From Anaerocolumna jejuensis DSM 15929 (GTDB lineage: Bacteria > Bacillota > Clostridia > Lachnospirales > Lachnospiraceae), in contig NZ_FRAC01000026.1 of the NCBI RefSeq assembly GCF_900142215.1, positions 44,872-76,871 of the forward strand: DNA of 32,000 nucleotides, written 5' to 3'. The notes beneath the pieces are model-generated. The model searched no databases, was not told where the DNA came from, and was given only the letters and a program-made list of their open reading frames with translations. The translations under genes were made by a program, and so were the position numbers. Below, one piece after another: positions 17,535-26,233 of this stretch (positions within the stretch are counted from its first letter, which is position 1; each line of letters opens with the position of its first letter).

Positions 17535-18671
17535 TTACTTTCCTGCTAGTATATTGTCCACTCTCTTCAATTCGTTTCTTATTTTTAAGCTCTGGGGACA
17601 TCTGTCTTCGCACAGTCCGCAATCTTTACAGTCCGCAAATGTCTTACCGTCATTCTTCTTATAGCCTTCCATTTCATTTTTCGCATAATCCGTAAGGCCA
17701 TAGACATTATGATAGGTATATAAGTTGAATATTTTAGGAATATCAATGCCTGCCGGACATGGCTGGCAGTAGGCACAGCCTGTACAGTAAAGCTCACTGA
17801 ATTTCTTTAAATTTTCGGCTGATTCACCAAGCTGCACCCATTCATCCTCTGTTAAGCCTTCCTTGCTGCTGGCAATCACCACATTCTTTTCTACCATATC
17901 CTCAGTTCCCATACCGGAAAGTGCGCAGCTCATATAAGGATTTCCCAATACGAACTTAAAGGCCAGCTCATAGGTTGAGATGGAGGGCTTGCCGGTAAGC
18001 TTCGTATAAAGATCCGTGGGAGCTGCAAGCCTGCCGCCTCCTACCGGTCCCATTGCTACTACACCAAGGCCCTTTGACGCTGCGTATTGTATCATTTCCT
18101 CATTGCTCCGGTCCAAAAGATTGTATTGAACCAGCATGGTCTCCATGGGAATTCCCCTCTCTTCAGCTTTATCAATAATATATTTGATATGCTCCGCTTT
18201 GTCATGGAAGGAAAAGGATATATGCTTTATTAAACCTTCCTCCTTTGCTTTCTGTGCTTCTTCCAGGAGGTTAAGTCCAAGGACTCCTTTGTCGTATTCT
18301 TCCCTGCTAAGGCCCCAAAAATGGTAGAAGTCTATATAAGGGGTATCCAGCTTTTTTAAACTCTGCTCTAACAATCTTCTGTAATCTCCCGCTTCCTTAC
18401 ACTTATCCACCGGTATCTTTGTGGAAAACATAACCTTTTCCCTGATTTCCTTAAGGGCTTTCCCCACCGTAATTTCACTGTTATTGTGGCAATAATAAGG
18501 AGCGGTATCGAAATAGTTCACCCCTTCTTCATAGGCCTTTAAAAGCATGGGAACGGCTTTGTCATCATCAATATACCATTTACCATCCTTTTCGTACTCT
18601 GGCAGCCTCATACAGCCAAAGCCTAAAGCTGATATCATAGAACCAGTATTACCGAATTTCCTGTAATTCAT
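17535..18671 (-). CDS. Aldo/keto reductase with a C-terminal 2x[4Fe-4S] ferredoxin-like domain
   Basis: The AKR N-terminus is LGFGCMRLP ... DTAPYY. The C-terminus has CTGCAYCQPCP and CKDCGLCEDRCP, both CxxCxxCxxxCP motifs. Confidence 0.85.
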   Translation of the reverse strand: MNYRKFGNTGSMISALGFGCMRLPEYEKDGKWYIDDDKAVPMLLKAYEEGVNYFDTAPYYCHNNSEITVGKALKEIREKVMFSTKIPVDKCKEAGDYRRLLEQSLKKLDTPYIDFYHFWGLSREEYDKGVLGLNLLEEAQKAKEEGLIKHISFSFHDKAEHIKYIIDKAEERGIPMETMLVQYNLLDRSNEEMIQYAASKGLGVVAMGPVGGGRLAAPTDLYTKLTGKPSISTYELAFKFVLGNPYMSCALSGMGTEDMVEKNVVIASSKEGLTEDEWVQLGESAENLKKFSELYCTGCAYCQPCPAGIDIPKIFNLYTYHNVYGLTDYAKNEMEGYKKNDGKTFADCKDCGLCEDRCPQSLKIRNELKRVDNILAGK

Positions 18672-18714
18672 TGTAAAACCCCCTGTTTTTAATAAAATTT
18701 ATCAATTATTATTA

Positions 18715-18745
18715 ATTATACCTCATAGAGTTAACTCTAGGTCAA
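18715..18745 (-). promoter_or_regulatory. Candidate promoter of the AKR-SDR operon with an embedded 14-bp perfect palindrome
   Basis: On the minus strand: TTGACC (18740-18745), a 19-nt spacer containing TAGAGTTAACTCTA (18726-18739), then TATAAT (18715-18720). The spacer is longer than the optimum. Confidence 0.4.
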
Positions 18746-18760
18746 ATGTTTTTTACTCCA

Positions 18761-18813
18761 CAAAAAATAATAATCGCCAGATAAGATAAAATACTCTTAG
18801 ACTGGCGATTATT
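18761..18813 (-). terminator. Rho-independent terminator after the GH130 gene at 18881-19843
   Basis: A perfect 12-bp stem aataatcgccag/ctggcgattatt with a 21-nt loop, followed by a T-run on the minus strand. Confidence 0.7.
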
Positions 18814-18880
18814 ATAATTATTATAAGACAATATGGTTATTAAATTATTAATTACATTATAGATATATCTGTCACACATT

Positions 18881-19843
18881 TTACACCGGATACTTGATTA
18901 GCTCTGTAAGCAATTCGTCCATATCAATTTGGGCTACGGCTATATATTTATCACCTGCACCATAATATACATTCAGCTGACCCTTATAAACAAAAGCGCC
19001 TTCCGGGAAAACAACATTATTTACATCACCGAAAAGTTCATATTCTTCCGCAGGCTCCAGAATCGGATAAGGTAAACGTGCAGTAATAATAGACGGCTTT
19101 TCAAAATCAAGAAGAGCCGCTCCTCCCCGGTATACACCCTTATCATCGACTGCATGATATAATAGCAGCCATCCCTTATCGGTTTTTATCGGGGGTGCAC
19201 TTCCACCAATCTTTCTCTTTTCCCAGTCATACTCACTCTTCATAATAATTGAACTATCGATTCTATCCTCGTAACCGGTCCATGCATCTTTTGATAATAA
19301 TTCATCAAAGCTGTCGAAATAATCCAATTGGATATTAGGTGAAATTCGATGCATATAAGCAATTTTTCCATTTATTCTTTCTGGAAAAATAAAAGCATCC
19401 TTGTCATAACCAAAATGATCGATAACACCAAGTTTATTATATAGAATGAAATCTGTTGTTTTCGCAACGGCAACTCTTGCCTTTACCCCATCATAGGCTG
19501 TATAAAAAATATAGCAACAGCCTTCAAATTCAACGATTCTTGGATCTTCGCATCCTTTTACTTCCTCCGGCAGCGTAGGAAAAATTACTTTTTTATTTGA
19601 ATCATATAAAATCTTATTGTCTGAATCAAGCTTTGCATATCCTATCGAAGAGACATAGTTTGCACCATCTTTAATGTCGCTATTGGCAGCTCTGTACAAC
19701 ATATGTACGATTCCGTCCTTAAAATATACGCCGGGATTAAACCGGGCAAAACACCCTAATTGATCTTTCAGAGGGCGCATTACGATTCCTGTTTTATTTA
19801 ATTGAACCATGTTAATTTCCATTGCACTTACATTTTCTTTCAT
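18881..19843 (-). CDS. GH130 family (DUF377-type) beta-mannoside phosphorylase or glycosidase, short clade
   Basis: FNPGVYFKDGIVHMLYRA, CEDPRIV, YDKDAFIFPERINGKIAYMHRI, RKIGGSAPPIKT and LLYHAV are present. The start is uncertain: TTG at 19855 or ATG at 19843, and neither has a clear Shine-Dalgarno sequence. Confidence 0.75.
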   Translation of the reverse strand: MKENVSAMEINMVQLNKTGIVMRPLKDQLGCFARFNPGVYFKDGIVHMLYRAANSDIKDGANYVSSIGYAKLDSDNKILYDSNKKVIFPTLPEEVKGCEDPRIVEFEGCCYIFYTAYDGVKARVAVAKTTDFILYNKLGVIDHFGYDKDAFIFPERINGKIAYMHRISPNIQLDYFDSFDELLSKDAWTGYEDRIDSSIIMKSEYDWEKRKIGGSAPPIKTDKGWLLLYHAVDDKGVYRGGAALLDFEKPSIITARLPYPILEPAEEYELFGDVNNVVFPEGAFVYKGQLNVYYGAGDKYIAVAQIDMDELLTELIKYPV

Positions 19844-19966
19844 GTAATCTGCCAAATATTAATTGGAAGATGGGGCAGAGGCATTTCCTTTATTCTATAT
19901 TTCTTCCAACTTCCCAAATTCTGATGAAAGCAAAATATAAACCACTTTCAAAAGCTTAGTTTGATA

Positions 19967-20003
19967 AAAAGCAGGCAGATAATAGTTTGCAATTACCTGC
20001 CTT
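19967..20003 (-). terminator. Weak hairpin plus T-run between the binding-protein gene and the GH130 gene (possible attenuator)
   Basis: On the minus strand: ggcaggtaatt ... attatctgcc, followed by tgctttttatc. The stem is imperfect. Confidence 0.35.
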
Positions 20004-20061
20004 TAAACGGTAAAAGAGAGGGTAAACTTTTAAATTCTTTTTGCTGTATAATTAACAGGAT

Positions 20062-21633
20062 CTATCGATTATTTGCAGCATCATAATCTTCCATCCACTT
20101 AACATATTCCGCATTCATTGCCTCAGCTGCCGGAAAATAAGTATCGTTCAGATATTTTTCAAAAGTGGCAAGCTCAATTTCACCAACAATATATTGAACT
20201 TCAAGTTCAGATAATTTTGATACCAAATCCGGATTATCAGCTGCAAATGTAGTCACCAACGGTGCTTTAATGTTTGGAATTCTATTAGTGGTTACGGATG
20301 CCTGCATTGCATTAAAATCAGTATAGTATTTGTCCAGACGCTCTTTTGTTGTGGCATTTTCCACAACTGCGGAGGCGCCATCCTTAGCATAGGTAAATGT
20401 AAAATAGGAACTTGTAATGCTGTTTAAGGCCGTTGTCTGCTCTTCGGTCCTTTCTACCATTCTGGTTTTATAGTCATAAGAATTATAGTTTTCTCCCTGC
20501 TTTCCTAATGACATTAATGCAAAGCCTTCTTCTGACATGGCATAATCAATGAGCTCTAAGCATTTATCTACATCCGCATCTGCCGATATCATCCACGCCC
20601 CCCACATAGACGGAGTTATGTAACAGTTCCTTTCCCCTTTATCATTTGCAAGAGCACCGATATAGGTAAATCTTTCAATGGCATCCGGTGTCTCCTTTAA
20701 GCGTCCCAGTACTCCGATCTGATGGGAAACGGTCATTCCAACTGTATTGGCAACTAATTTCTCTACATCTACGTTATACTCATTTGTAAAAAATTCTGGA
20801 TCAAAGGAGCCATCGGCGTAAAGCTCACGTAAATAGGTCAGATAAGGAATGTATCCGCTCTTTTTCTGCTGGATTTTATATTGTCCGTCCGTATCTTTTA
20901 CAGCATCAGTTACTCCAAAGGTATACTTAAGAGGAAAAACGTCCGCTGAGGTATAAGTAAGTCCATAGGTATCTTTTTTGCCGTTTTGATCAGGATCATT
21001 ATAAGTAAACTGGTGGGCTACCTCTTTAAATTCCTGCAGGTTAGCAGGTGCCTTTAGTCCTAAATTATCAAGCCACTGCTGATTAATAATGAATCCCCAG
21101 TAATTATCAACGTTGCATTTTGGAATCGCGTGGATTTTACCTGTTTTGGTAGATTGTATCGCAGGCCAGTAATCTTCCGGCACGGTAGCCATAATATTAG
21201 GATAATTCTGGATTTTATCATCCAGTTCCGCTAATAACCCGTCTCCTGCCCATTGTTCATAGTTCGTATCTGCTCCTCCCCAGTTATATATGATATCCGG
21301 CAAATTACCGGCTGCCATGGCTATCTGGAGTTTTTCATTGTAATTGTTGATGGGAGGTGCTTCATATTCAATATCTACATTCAGTTTATTTTCCAATTCT
21401 TTAATAATGGGATTGTCTTCTACGATAACCTCTGCATTTACCCTGTTCAGGATATGAATCTTTACCGGCTTACCTGGTTTTTCCTTCTGATTGCCCTTCT
21501 CTTTGTTTTCATCCCCTGATACGGCATCCGTTTCTTTTACCGTATCTGATTTCTGGCATCCCGTAAACATGGCTAAGGTCATTGCCATAATGCAGACTGC
21601 TGCTGTCAATTTTTTAAACCAACTTTTTTTCAT
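20062..21633 (-). CDS. ABC transporter sugar-binding lipoprotein (large LplA/YtcQ-like family-1 SBP)
   Basis: ORF track 20062..21648. I prefer the ATG at 21633, 8 nt after GGAGG. The sequence starts MKKSWFKKLTAAVCIMAMTLAMFTGC|QKS, which contains a lipobox. Confidence 0.88.
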   Translation of the reverse strand: MKKSWFKKLTAAVCIMAMTLAMFTGCQKSDTVKETDAVSGDENKEKGNQKEKPGKPVKIHILNRVNAEVIVEDNPIIKELENKLNVDIEYEAPPINNYNEKLQIAMAAGNLPDIIYNWGGADTNYEQWAGDGLLAELDDKIQNYPNIMATVPEDYWPAIQSTKTGKIHAIPKCNVDNYWGFIINQQWLDNLGLKAPANLQEFKEVAHQFTYNDPDQNGKKDTYGLTYTSADVFPLKYTFGVTDAVKDTDGQYKIQQKKSGYIPYLTYLRELYADGSFDPEFFTNEYNVDVEKLVANTVGMTVSHQIGVLGRLKETPDAIERFTYIGALANDKGERNCYITPSMWGAWMISADADVDKCLELIDYAMSEEGFALMSLGKQGENYNSYDYKTRMVERTEEQTTALNSITSSYFTFTYAKDGASAVVENATTKERLDKYYTDFNAMQASVTTNRIPNIKAPLVTTFAADNPDLVSKLSELEVQYIVGEIELATFEKYLNDTYFPAAEAMNAEYVKWMEDYDAANNR

Positions 21634-21720
21634 AGTTAATACCTCCATAGTTTTTTTACAGCGCTGTTAAAATACACCCACCGGTTTTTAACGTTTACCC
21701 CGTTTTCTTTCACATGCCAA

Positions 21721-21773
21721 ATTATATTTTCCCGGACTTTTAAAGTAAATGACAATGATGATGCCTCATAACA
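21721..21773 (-). promoter_or_regulatory. Candidate promoter of the SBP gene plus a conserved upstream box
   Basis: On the minus strand: TGTTATGAGGCATCATCATTGTCA (21750-21773), TTTACT (21744-21749), a 17-nt spacer, then TATAAT (21721-21726). Confidence 0.45.
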
Positions 21774-21795
21774 AAACAATCCGCATACAGTACAC

Positions 21796-23895
21796 TTATG
21801 CATTATTGCTATTATTTTGCATTTCTCTAAATTGTCCGGGTGTGATTCCTTCCAGATTCTTAAAGACCTTTATAAAATAGTGGGCATAAGTGAATCCGGT
21901 GCGGTGGGCGACTTCTTCCACGGTCAGCACGGTAGCAGCTAATAAATCCTTGGCCAGGGAGATTTTTTTCATATTGACATAGTCATTAAAACTATAGGAG
22001 GTTTCTTCCTTAATTAATTTTGCCAGGTAGTTCCGGTTCATATTGAACTGATAGGATATGGAGTTCAGGTTAAAATCATTTTCCGTTAAATTAGCATCGA
22101 TATACTCGATTATGGCTTCATTTATGATACTTGCATTGTTTGTGTTCTTCTTGGCTATCTCAGAACAGATGGATTGGATAAAATTCAGCAAAATATCATG
22201 TATCTGGCTCCTGTTATGAATATTTTTCATATCGGAAGAGCCGGTAGTTTTAATTGAAATCGGCAGCGAGGAAATACGGGTCAGTATTTCATTCTGCAAT
22301 TGGTATACGTAATTTTTTATCTGAATATCTGTTAGCAAGCCTTCATCCTCTAAGATATGTTTTAAGAATTTTCTGGTATAGAAGATACAGCCTTCCGAAT
22401 TTTCAACCAGAAGATTATTGATTAACTGTTTCTCTAATTCAACGGGATAAATGATGGGCGTTTTCTTTTCCTGAAACTGCCGGTAATGAATAATATGATC
22501 TGTCATGGACAGCTTGTACTGCTGTATTTCATCACATTCCATATAGGCAATGGACAGCAGCGCAGGATCTGTTATCCCGGAACTGACAGCAATATATACC
22601 TGCTGGTAATATTTATCATTCAGCTTTTGGTAAAGCTGACGGACATAGGTATTTGTAAACTGCTCCATTGCAGAAATATTATTATAATTGACAATTACGG
22701 CAGCCCGGCTGCCAAAGATGGATATGTGCTTTAACATTAAATTTCCTGCAGATACCTGTAATTCTTCCATAATTGCCGACACCGTTCTGTATATCTCCAG
22801 CTGATTATCGTTGACATCAATTAATAAAAGGCTGTAATTATCATGCTTAAAATATTTCTCCATAATCGATGCCATTTGAAGCGGCTTATTCTTTTCATGA
22901 CTGGTCCCGGTTAAAAAATCCCTCATTAATTTATCGTTATAATCGGTCAGGACTTCTTGGATTGGTTTTGTCGTATAGCACATTACAATATAAGCGATGA
23001 TGATTGCAGCACCAAATAACAGGAGTATAACTACTAATAAAAAGTAGTTATTGTACATTTTGCTAAAATTAAAGGAGAAAGGCACCTGCACATAAAAATA
23101 ACTGTTTAGTGATGAGGAATAGGTTACCGCATCCATAATCCCAACCTTCTCGTTCAAAACAGACCAGATATTCCTGTTCGGAAAAGCCTTACTGATTTCT
23201 TCCTGCTTTTCCGTTATATTTTTATTTAAATCTCTGAAATCTTTCGATATTATTATGGAATTATTCTCATCATATACATAAAGCTGTATCTCCTTATCCC
23301 CGGTATTCCGCCTCATGACATCTTTATACAGCATACCCATGTCAATATTGACACTTAACACATATCTGGCATTGGTATAATGAGGCTTTAATGGTACTAT
23401 GAGGGAATACACTAATACGTCTCCTCTAATTAAATGGGGCGGCACTGTGGTCAGATATTTGGATGCGGCCGCTTCCGCAACCTCCTGATCAAAAAATTTT
23501 TCTTTTGAAAAGCAATTTCCCCGCTTGGAATCAAAAAAGATTCCCTCTTCTTCCGAATATAAATAAACGGAATGTATGTATTGATTTCCCATTACGATTT
23601 GTTTTAATTCATCATATAAATCAAGATAATTGGAAATTTTCAAATTCCGCTGCTGTACTAAATCCCCAAAATCGCTGTCATAAATTGCAAGCTTATTCAT
23701 CTGCTCCGAGATCTGCTGTATGATTAATTCAAAGGAAGAGCTGATCTGCCCGGTCAGATTTTTATTGGTCTGCTCCACCTGCTTTATATAAACCTTTCGC
23801 ATAGTACTGTTAAACAGGATAACTCCTGTTATCAATATAACCAGTAAAATCCCCGTAATTAAAATAATGAAATACTTCCGTATTCTTTTTTCCAT
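21796..23895 (-). CDS. Membrane-bound one-component AraC-family regulator (B. subtilis YtdP-like)
   Basis: ORF track 21796..23928. I prefer the ATG at 23895, which follows GGAGGAG. A transmembrane helix (YFIILITGILLVILITGVILF) is followed by an extracytoplasmic domain of about 260 aa and a second helix (FLLVVILLLFGAAIIIAYIVMCY). The cytoplasmic part ends in an AraC HTH (VEEVAHRTGFTYAHYFIKVFKNLEGITPGQFRE). Confidence 0.82.
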   Translation of the reverse strand: MEKRIRKYFIILITGILLVILITGVILFNSTMRKVYIKQVEQTNKNLTGQISSSFELIIQQISEQMNKLAIYDSDFGDLVQQRNLKISNYLDLYDELKQIVMGNQYIHSVYLYSEEEGIFFDSKRGNCFSKEKFFDQEVAEAAASKYLTTVPPHLIRGDVLVYSLIVPLKPHYTNARYVLSVNIDMGMLYKDVMRRNTGDKEIQLYVYDENNSIIISKDFRDLNKNITEKQEEISKAFPNRNIWSVLNEKVGIMDAVTYSSSLNSYFYVQVPFSFNFSKMYNNYFLLVVILLLFGAAIIIAYIVMCYTTKPIQEVLTDYNDKLMRDFLTGTSHEKNKPLQMASIMEKYFKHDNYSLLLIDVNDNQLEIYRTVSAIMEELQVSAGNLMLKHISIFGSRAAVIVNYNNISAMEQFTNTYVRQLYQKLNDKYYQQVYIAVSSGITDPALLSIAYMECDEIQQYKLSMTDHIIHYRQFQEKKTPIIYPVELEKQLINNLLVENSEGCIFYTRKFLKHILEDEGLLTDIQIKNYVYQLQNEILTRISSLPISIKTTGSSDMKNIHNRSQIHDILLNFIQSICSEIAKKNTNNASIINEAIIEYIDANLTENDFNLNSISYQFNMNRNYLAKLIKEETSYSFNDYVNMKKISLAKDLLAATVLTVEEVAHRTGFTYAHYFIKVFKNLEGITPGQFREMQNNSNNA

Positions 23896-23957
23896 AAACA
23901 TCTCCTCCAGCCCCCAATGCCGGTGCACTGACTCTTCCGGTAATTGATACTACCTTC

Positions 23958-23986
23958 AGTATAAAAGTGGTTAAAATATTATTCAA
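23958..23986 (-). promoter_or_regulatory. Candidate promoter of the YtdP-like regulator gene
   Basis: On the minus strand: TTGAAT (23981-23986), a 17-nt spacer, then TATACT (23958-23963). TGTTAT lies 17 nt upstream of the -35 (24004-24009). Confidence 0.45.
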
Positions 23987-24083
23987 TAACATAAAAAAAA
24001 TCCATAACACTTTTGCATCGCAGTTTTATTTCAGATTAGATATCTTTTATTATTATGTAACCGCTGCCAGTACCTTAAGATTA

Positions 24084-24136
24084 TGTTATTTGCAAGCATT
24101 ATTTCTATTTACCAGACTTTTTTACCCGCCTATAAT
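24084..24136 (+). promoter_or_regulatory. Candidate promoter of the permease-permease-GH130 operon plus a conserved upstream box
   Basis: TGTTATTTGCAAGCATTATTTCTA (24084-24107), TTTACC (24108-24113), a 17-nt spacer, then TATAAT (24131-24136). Confidence 0.5.
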
Positions 24137-24169
24137 GATGACAAAATTGTAATTCAGAAAGGATGACTT

Positions 24170-25141
24170 ATGGGTATGTTTAAAAAAACTGCAGACTCTG
24201 TTCCTATAACGAGTCAAATTTCCATAACCTCGAAAAATCGAAGTCTATGGAATTATATTTTGAGGAAACGGTATCTTTATCTTATGTTGATACCAGCTTC
24301 CATCTATTTTTTAATATTTAATTATGCACCAATGTATGGAATCCTGATTGCCTTTAAGGATTTTAGTTTTAAGAAGGGGATTTGGGGCAGTGATTGGATC
24401 GGATTAGAGAATTTCAGATATATGTTTCAATTGGATAATTTTTATTCGGTATTTACGAATTCCATTCTGTTAAGTTTATTAAGAATTTTATTTACCTTCC
24501 CCATACCGATACTTTTGGCTTTGCTGCTCAACGACATAAAAAGTTCAAAATACCAGAAGGTGATGCAGACTCTGTTCTACCTTCCTCATTTTGTTTCCTG
24601 GGTGGTCATTGGCGGTATTCTGATCAATTTCTTATCGCCGGTCAGCGGTATTATCAATATTTTAATACAGTCCTTCGGCGGTGAACCAATTTTCTTCCTG
24701 GCAGAGGATAAATATTTCAAACCCATTGTTATACTAACAAGTATATGGAAAGATTCCGGCTGGGGCACCATTATTTATCTTGCGGCAATTACCGGAATTT
24801 CCAGTGATTTATATGAAGCGGCGAGAATTGACGGGGCCAATAAGCTAAAATGCCTGAGATATATTACACTGCCCTGTATTAAATCTACCGTTGTAATTAT
24901 GCTGATCTTAAGGCTGGGGAGTATTATGAATAATGGCTTTGAACAGATTTTTATTCTCCAGAATTCCAAAAATCTTGGCGTATCCGAAGTATTTGAAACC
25001 TATACCTACCGGCTTGGACTCCTTGGCGGAAGATATTCCTTTGCCACAACGGTAGGCTTGTTTACTTCCGTTATCGGTATCATCTTCCTGTTAGCAAGTA
25101 ACAAAATCGCAGGTAAAATGGGAGAAGAAGGAATTTGGTAA
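24170..25141 (+). CDS. ABC sugar transporter permease (LplB/YteP-like)
   Basis: It has six predicted hydrophobic segments and the EAA-loop region YEAARIDGANKLKCLRYITLP. Confidence 0.9.
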   Translation: MGMFKKTADSVPITSQISITSKNRSLWNYILRKRYLYLMLIPASIYFLIFNYAPMYGILIAFKDFSFKKGIWGSDWIGLENFRYMFQLDNFYSVFTNSILLSLLRILFTFPIPILLALLLNDIKSSKYQKVMQTLFYLPHFVSWVVIGGILINFLSPVSGIINILIQSFGGEPIFFLAEDKYFKPIVILTSIWKDSGWGTIIYLAAITGISSDLYEAARIDGANKLKCLRYITLPCIKSTVVIMLILRLGSIMNNGFEQIFILQNSKNLGVSEVFETYTYRLGLLGGRYSFATTVGLFTSVIGIIFLLASNKIAGKMGEEGIW

Positions 25142-25192
25142 TGGAGGTTCGTCTATTTAACCTATCGAAAAAGAAAAGGAAGGCTTTTATTT

Positions 25193-26116
25193 ATGAAAAA
25201 AGAATCGATACATATTAAAAAGAAACGTAATTTTGCAGTTCGGCTGAAAAACATGACTCCCATAGATATTCTGTATCAGATCTTTGTCTATGTTACAGTG
25301 ACCGTTTTCGCCCTTATCTGTTTATATCCCATATTATATGTATTTGCCATTTCCATTACTCCCTATGCGGAATATCTGGAAAACCCGCTTAAACTAATTC
25401 CCGGTAAACTTGATTTATCGGCCTATTATAAATTGCTGCATTTGCCGTTAATCTATTCCGGTTACCGGGTAACCATATTCATTACTATAGCCGGAACCCT
25501 ATTAAATATCATATTGCTGTGCATAACAGCATATCCCCTGTCTAAAAAAGATTTAAAAGGCAGAAATGTTATCTTAGCTCTGATTACCTTTACCATGTTT
25601 TTTAACGGAGGCTTGATACCGAATTTTTATATTATCCGCAGTCTTTATTTATATGATACCATATGGGCTTTAATTCTGCCCGGATGTCTTGGAGCCTATA
25701 ATCTGATTTTAATGAAGAACTTTATATCCGGTATCCCTGCCAGTCTGGAAGAGTCGGCTTATATAGACGGGGCCAACGAGTTTCAGGTGTTATGGAGAAT
25801 TATTGTTCCCCTGTCCAAGCCGGCCATTGCAACCTTTGTAATCTTCCATGTAGTAAGCCAGTGGAACTCCTACTTTAATGCAATCATATATACCTCAAAG
25901 CGAAGCTTATGGCCTTTAATGCTGGTTTTACGTGAAATGGTAGTAGATGACGGTATGGCACTGGCAAATCAGTCCACCGCGGCGGATTCCCTGACTAATC
26001 CCTATACCTTAAAAATGGCCACCATCATTGTCTGCGTGCTTCCAATATTATGTATCTACCCTTTTATGCAGCGTTACTTTACCAAGGGCTTATTAGTGGG
26101 TTCTGTAAAAGGATGA
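25193..26116 (+). CDS. ABC sugar transporter permease (LplC/YtcP-like)
   Basis: The EAA-loop region is EESAYIDGANEFQVLWRIIVPLSKP, on a multi-pass membrane profile. Confidence 0.9.
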   Translation: MKKESIHIKKKRNFAVRLKNMTPIDILYQIFVYVTVTVFALICLYPILYVFAISITPYAEYLENPLKLIPGKLDLSAYYKLLHLPLIYSGYRVTIFITIAGTLLNIILLCITAYPLSKKDLKGRNVILALITFTMFFNGGLIPNFYIIRSLYLYDTIWALILPGCLGAYNLILMKNFISGIPASLEESAYIDGANEFQVLWRIIVPLSKPAIATFVIFHVVSQWNSYFNAIIYTSKRSLWPLMLVLREMVVDDGMALANQSTAADSLTNPYTLKMATIIVCVLPILCIYPFMQRYFTKGLLVGSVKG

Positions 26117-26233
26117 AATAGCCGGATTCCATATATGTAAAATACGATATAAAAAAGAAAGGATTGCCATAAAGGAAGGAATTCAAACTTCACTTTTTGG
26201 TGATACGGGCAGCCGCCCGTCGGGTGAATTAAA

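Noticed and set aside
23967-24152. 61-aa plus-strand ORF in the divergent promoter region of GH130 locus 1
   Set aside because: It covers the intergenic region that holds the predicted promoters and shared boxes. It has no ribosome-binding site and an AT-driven composition.
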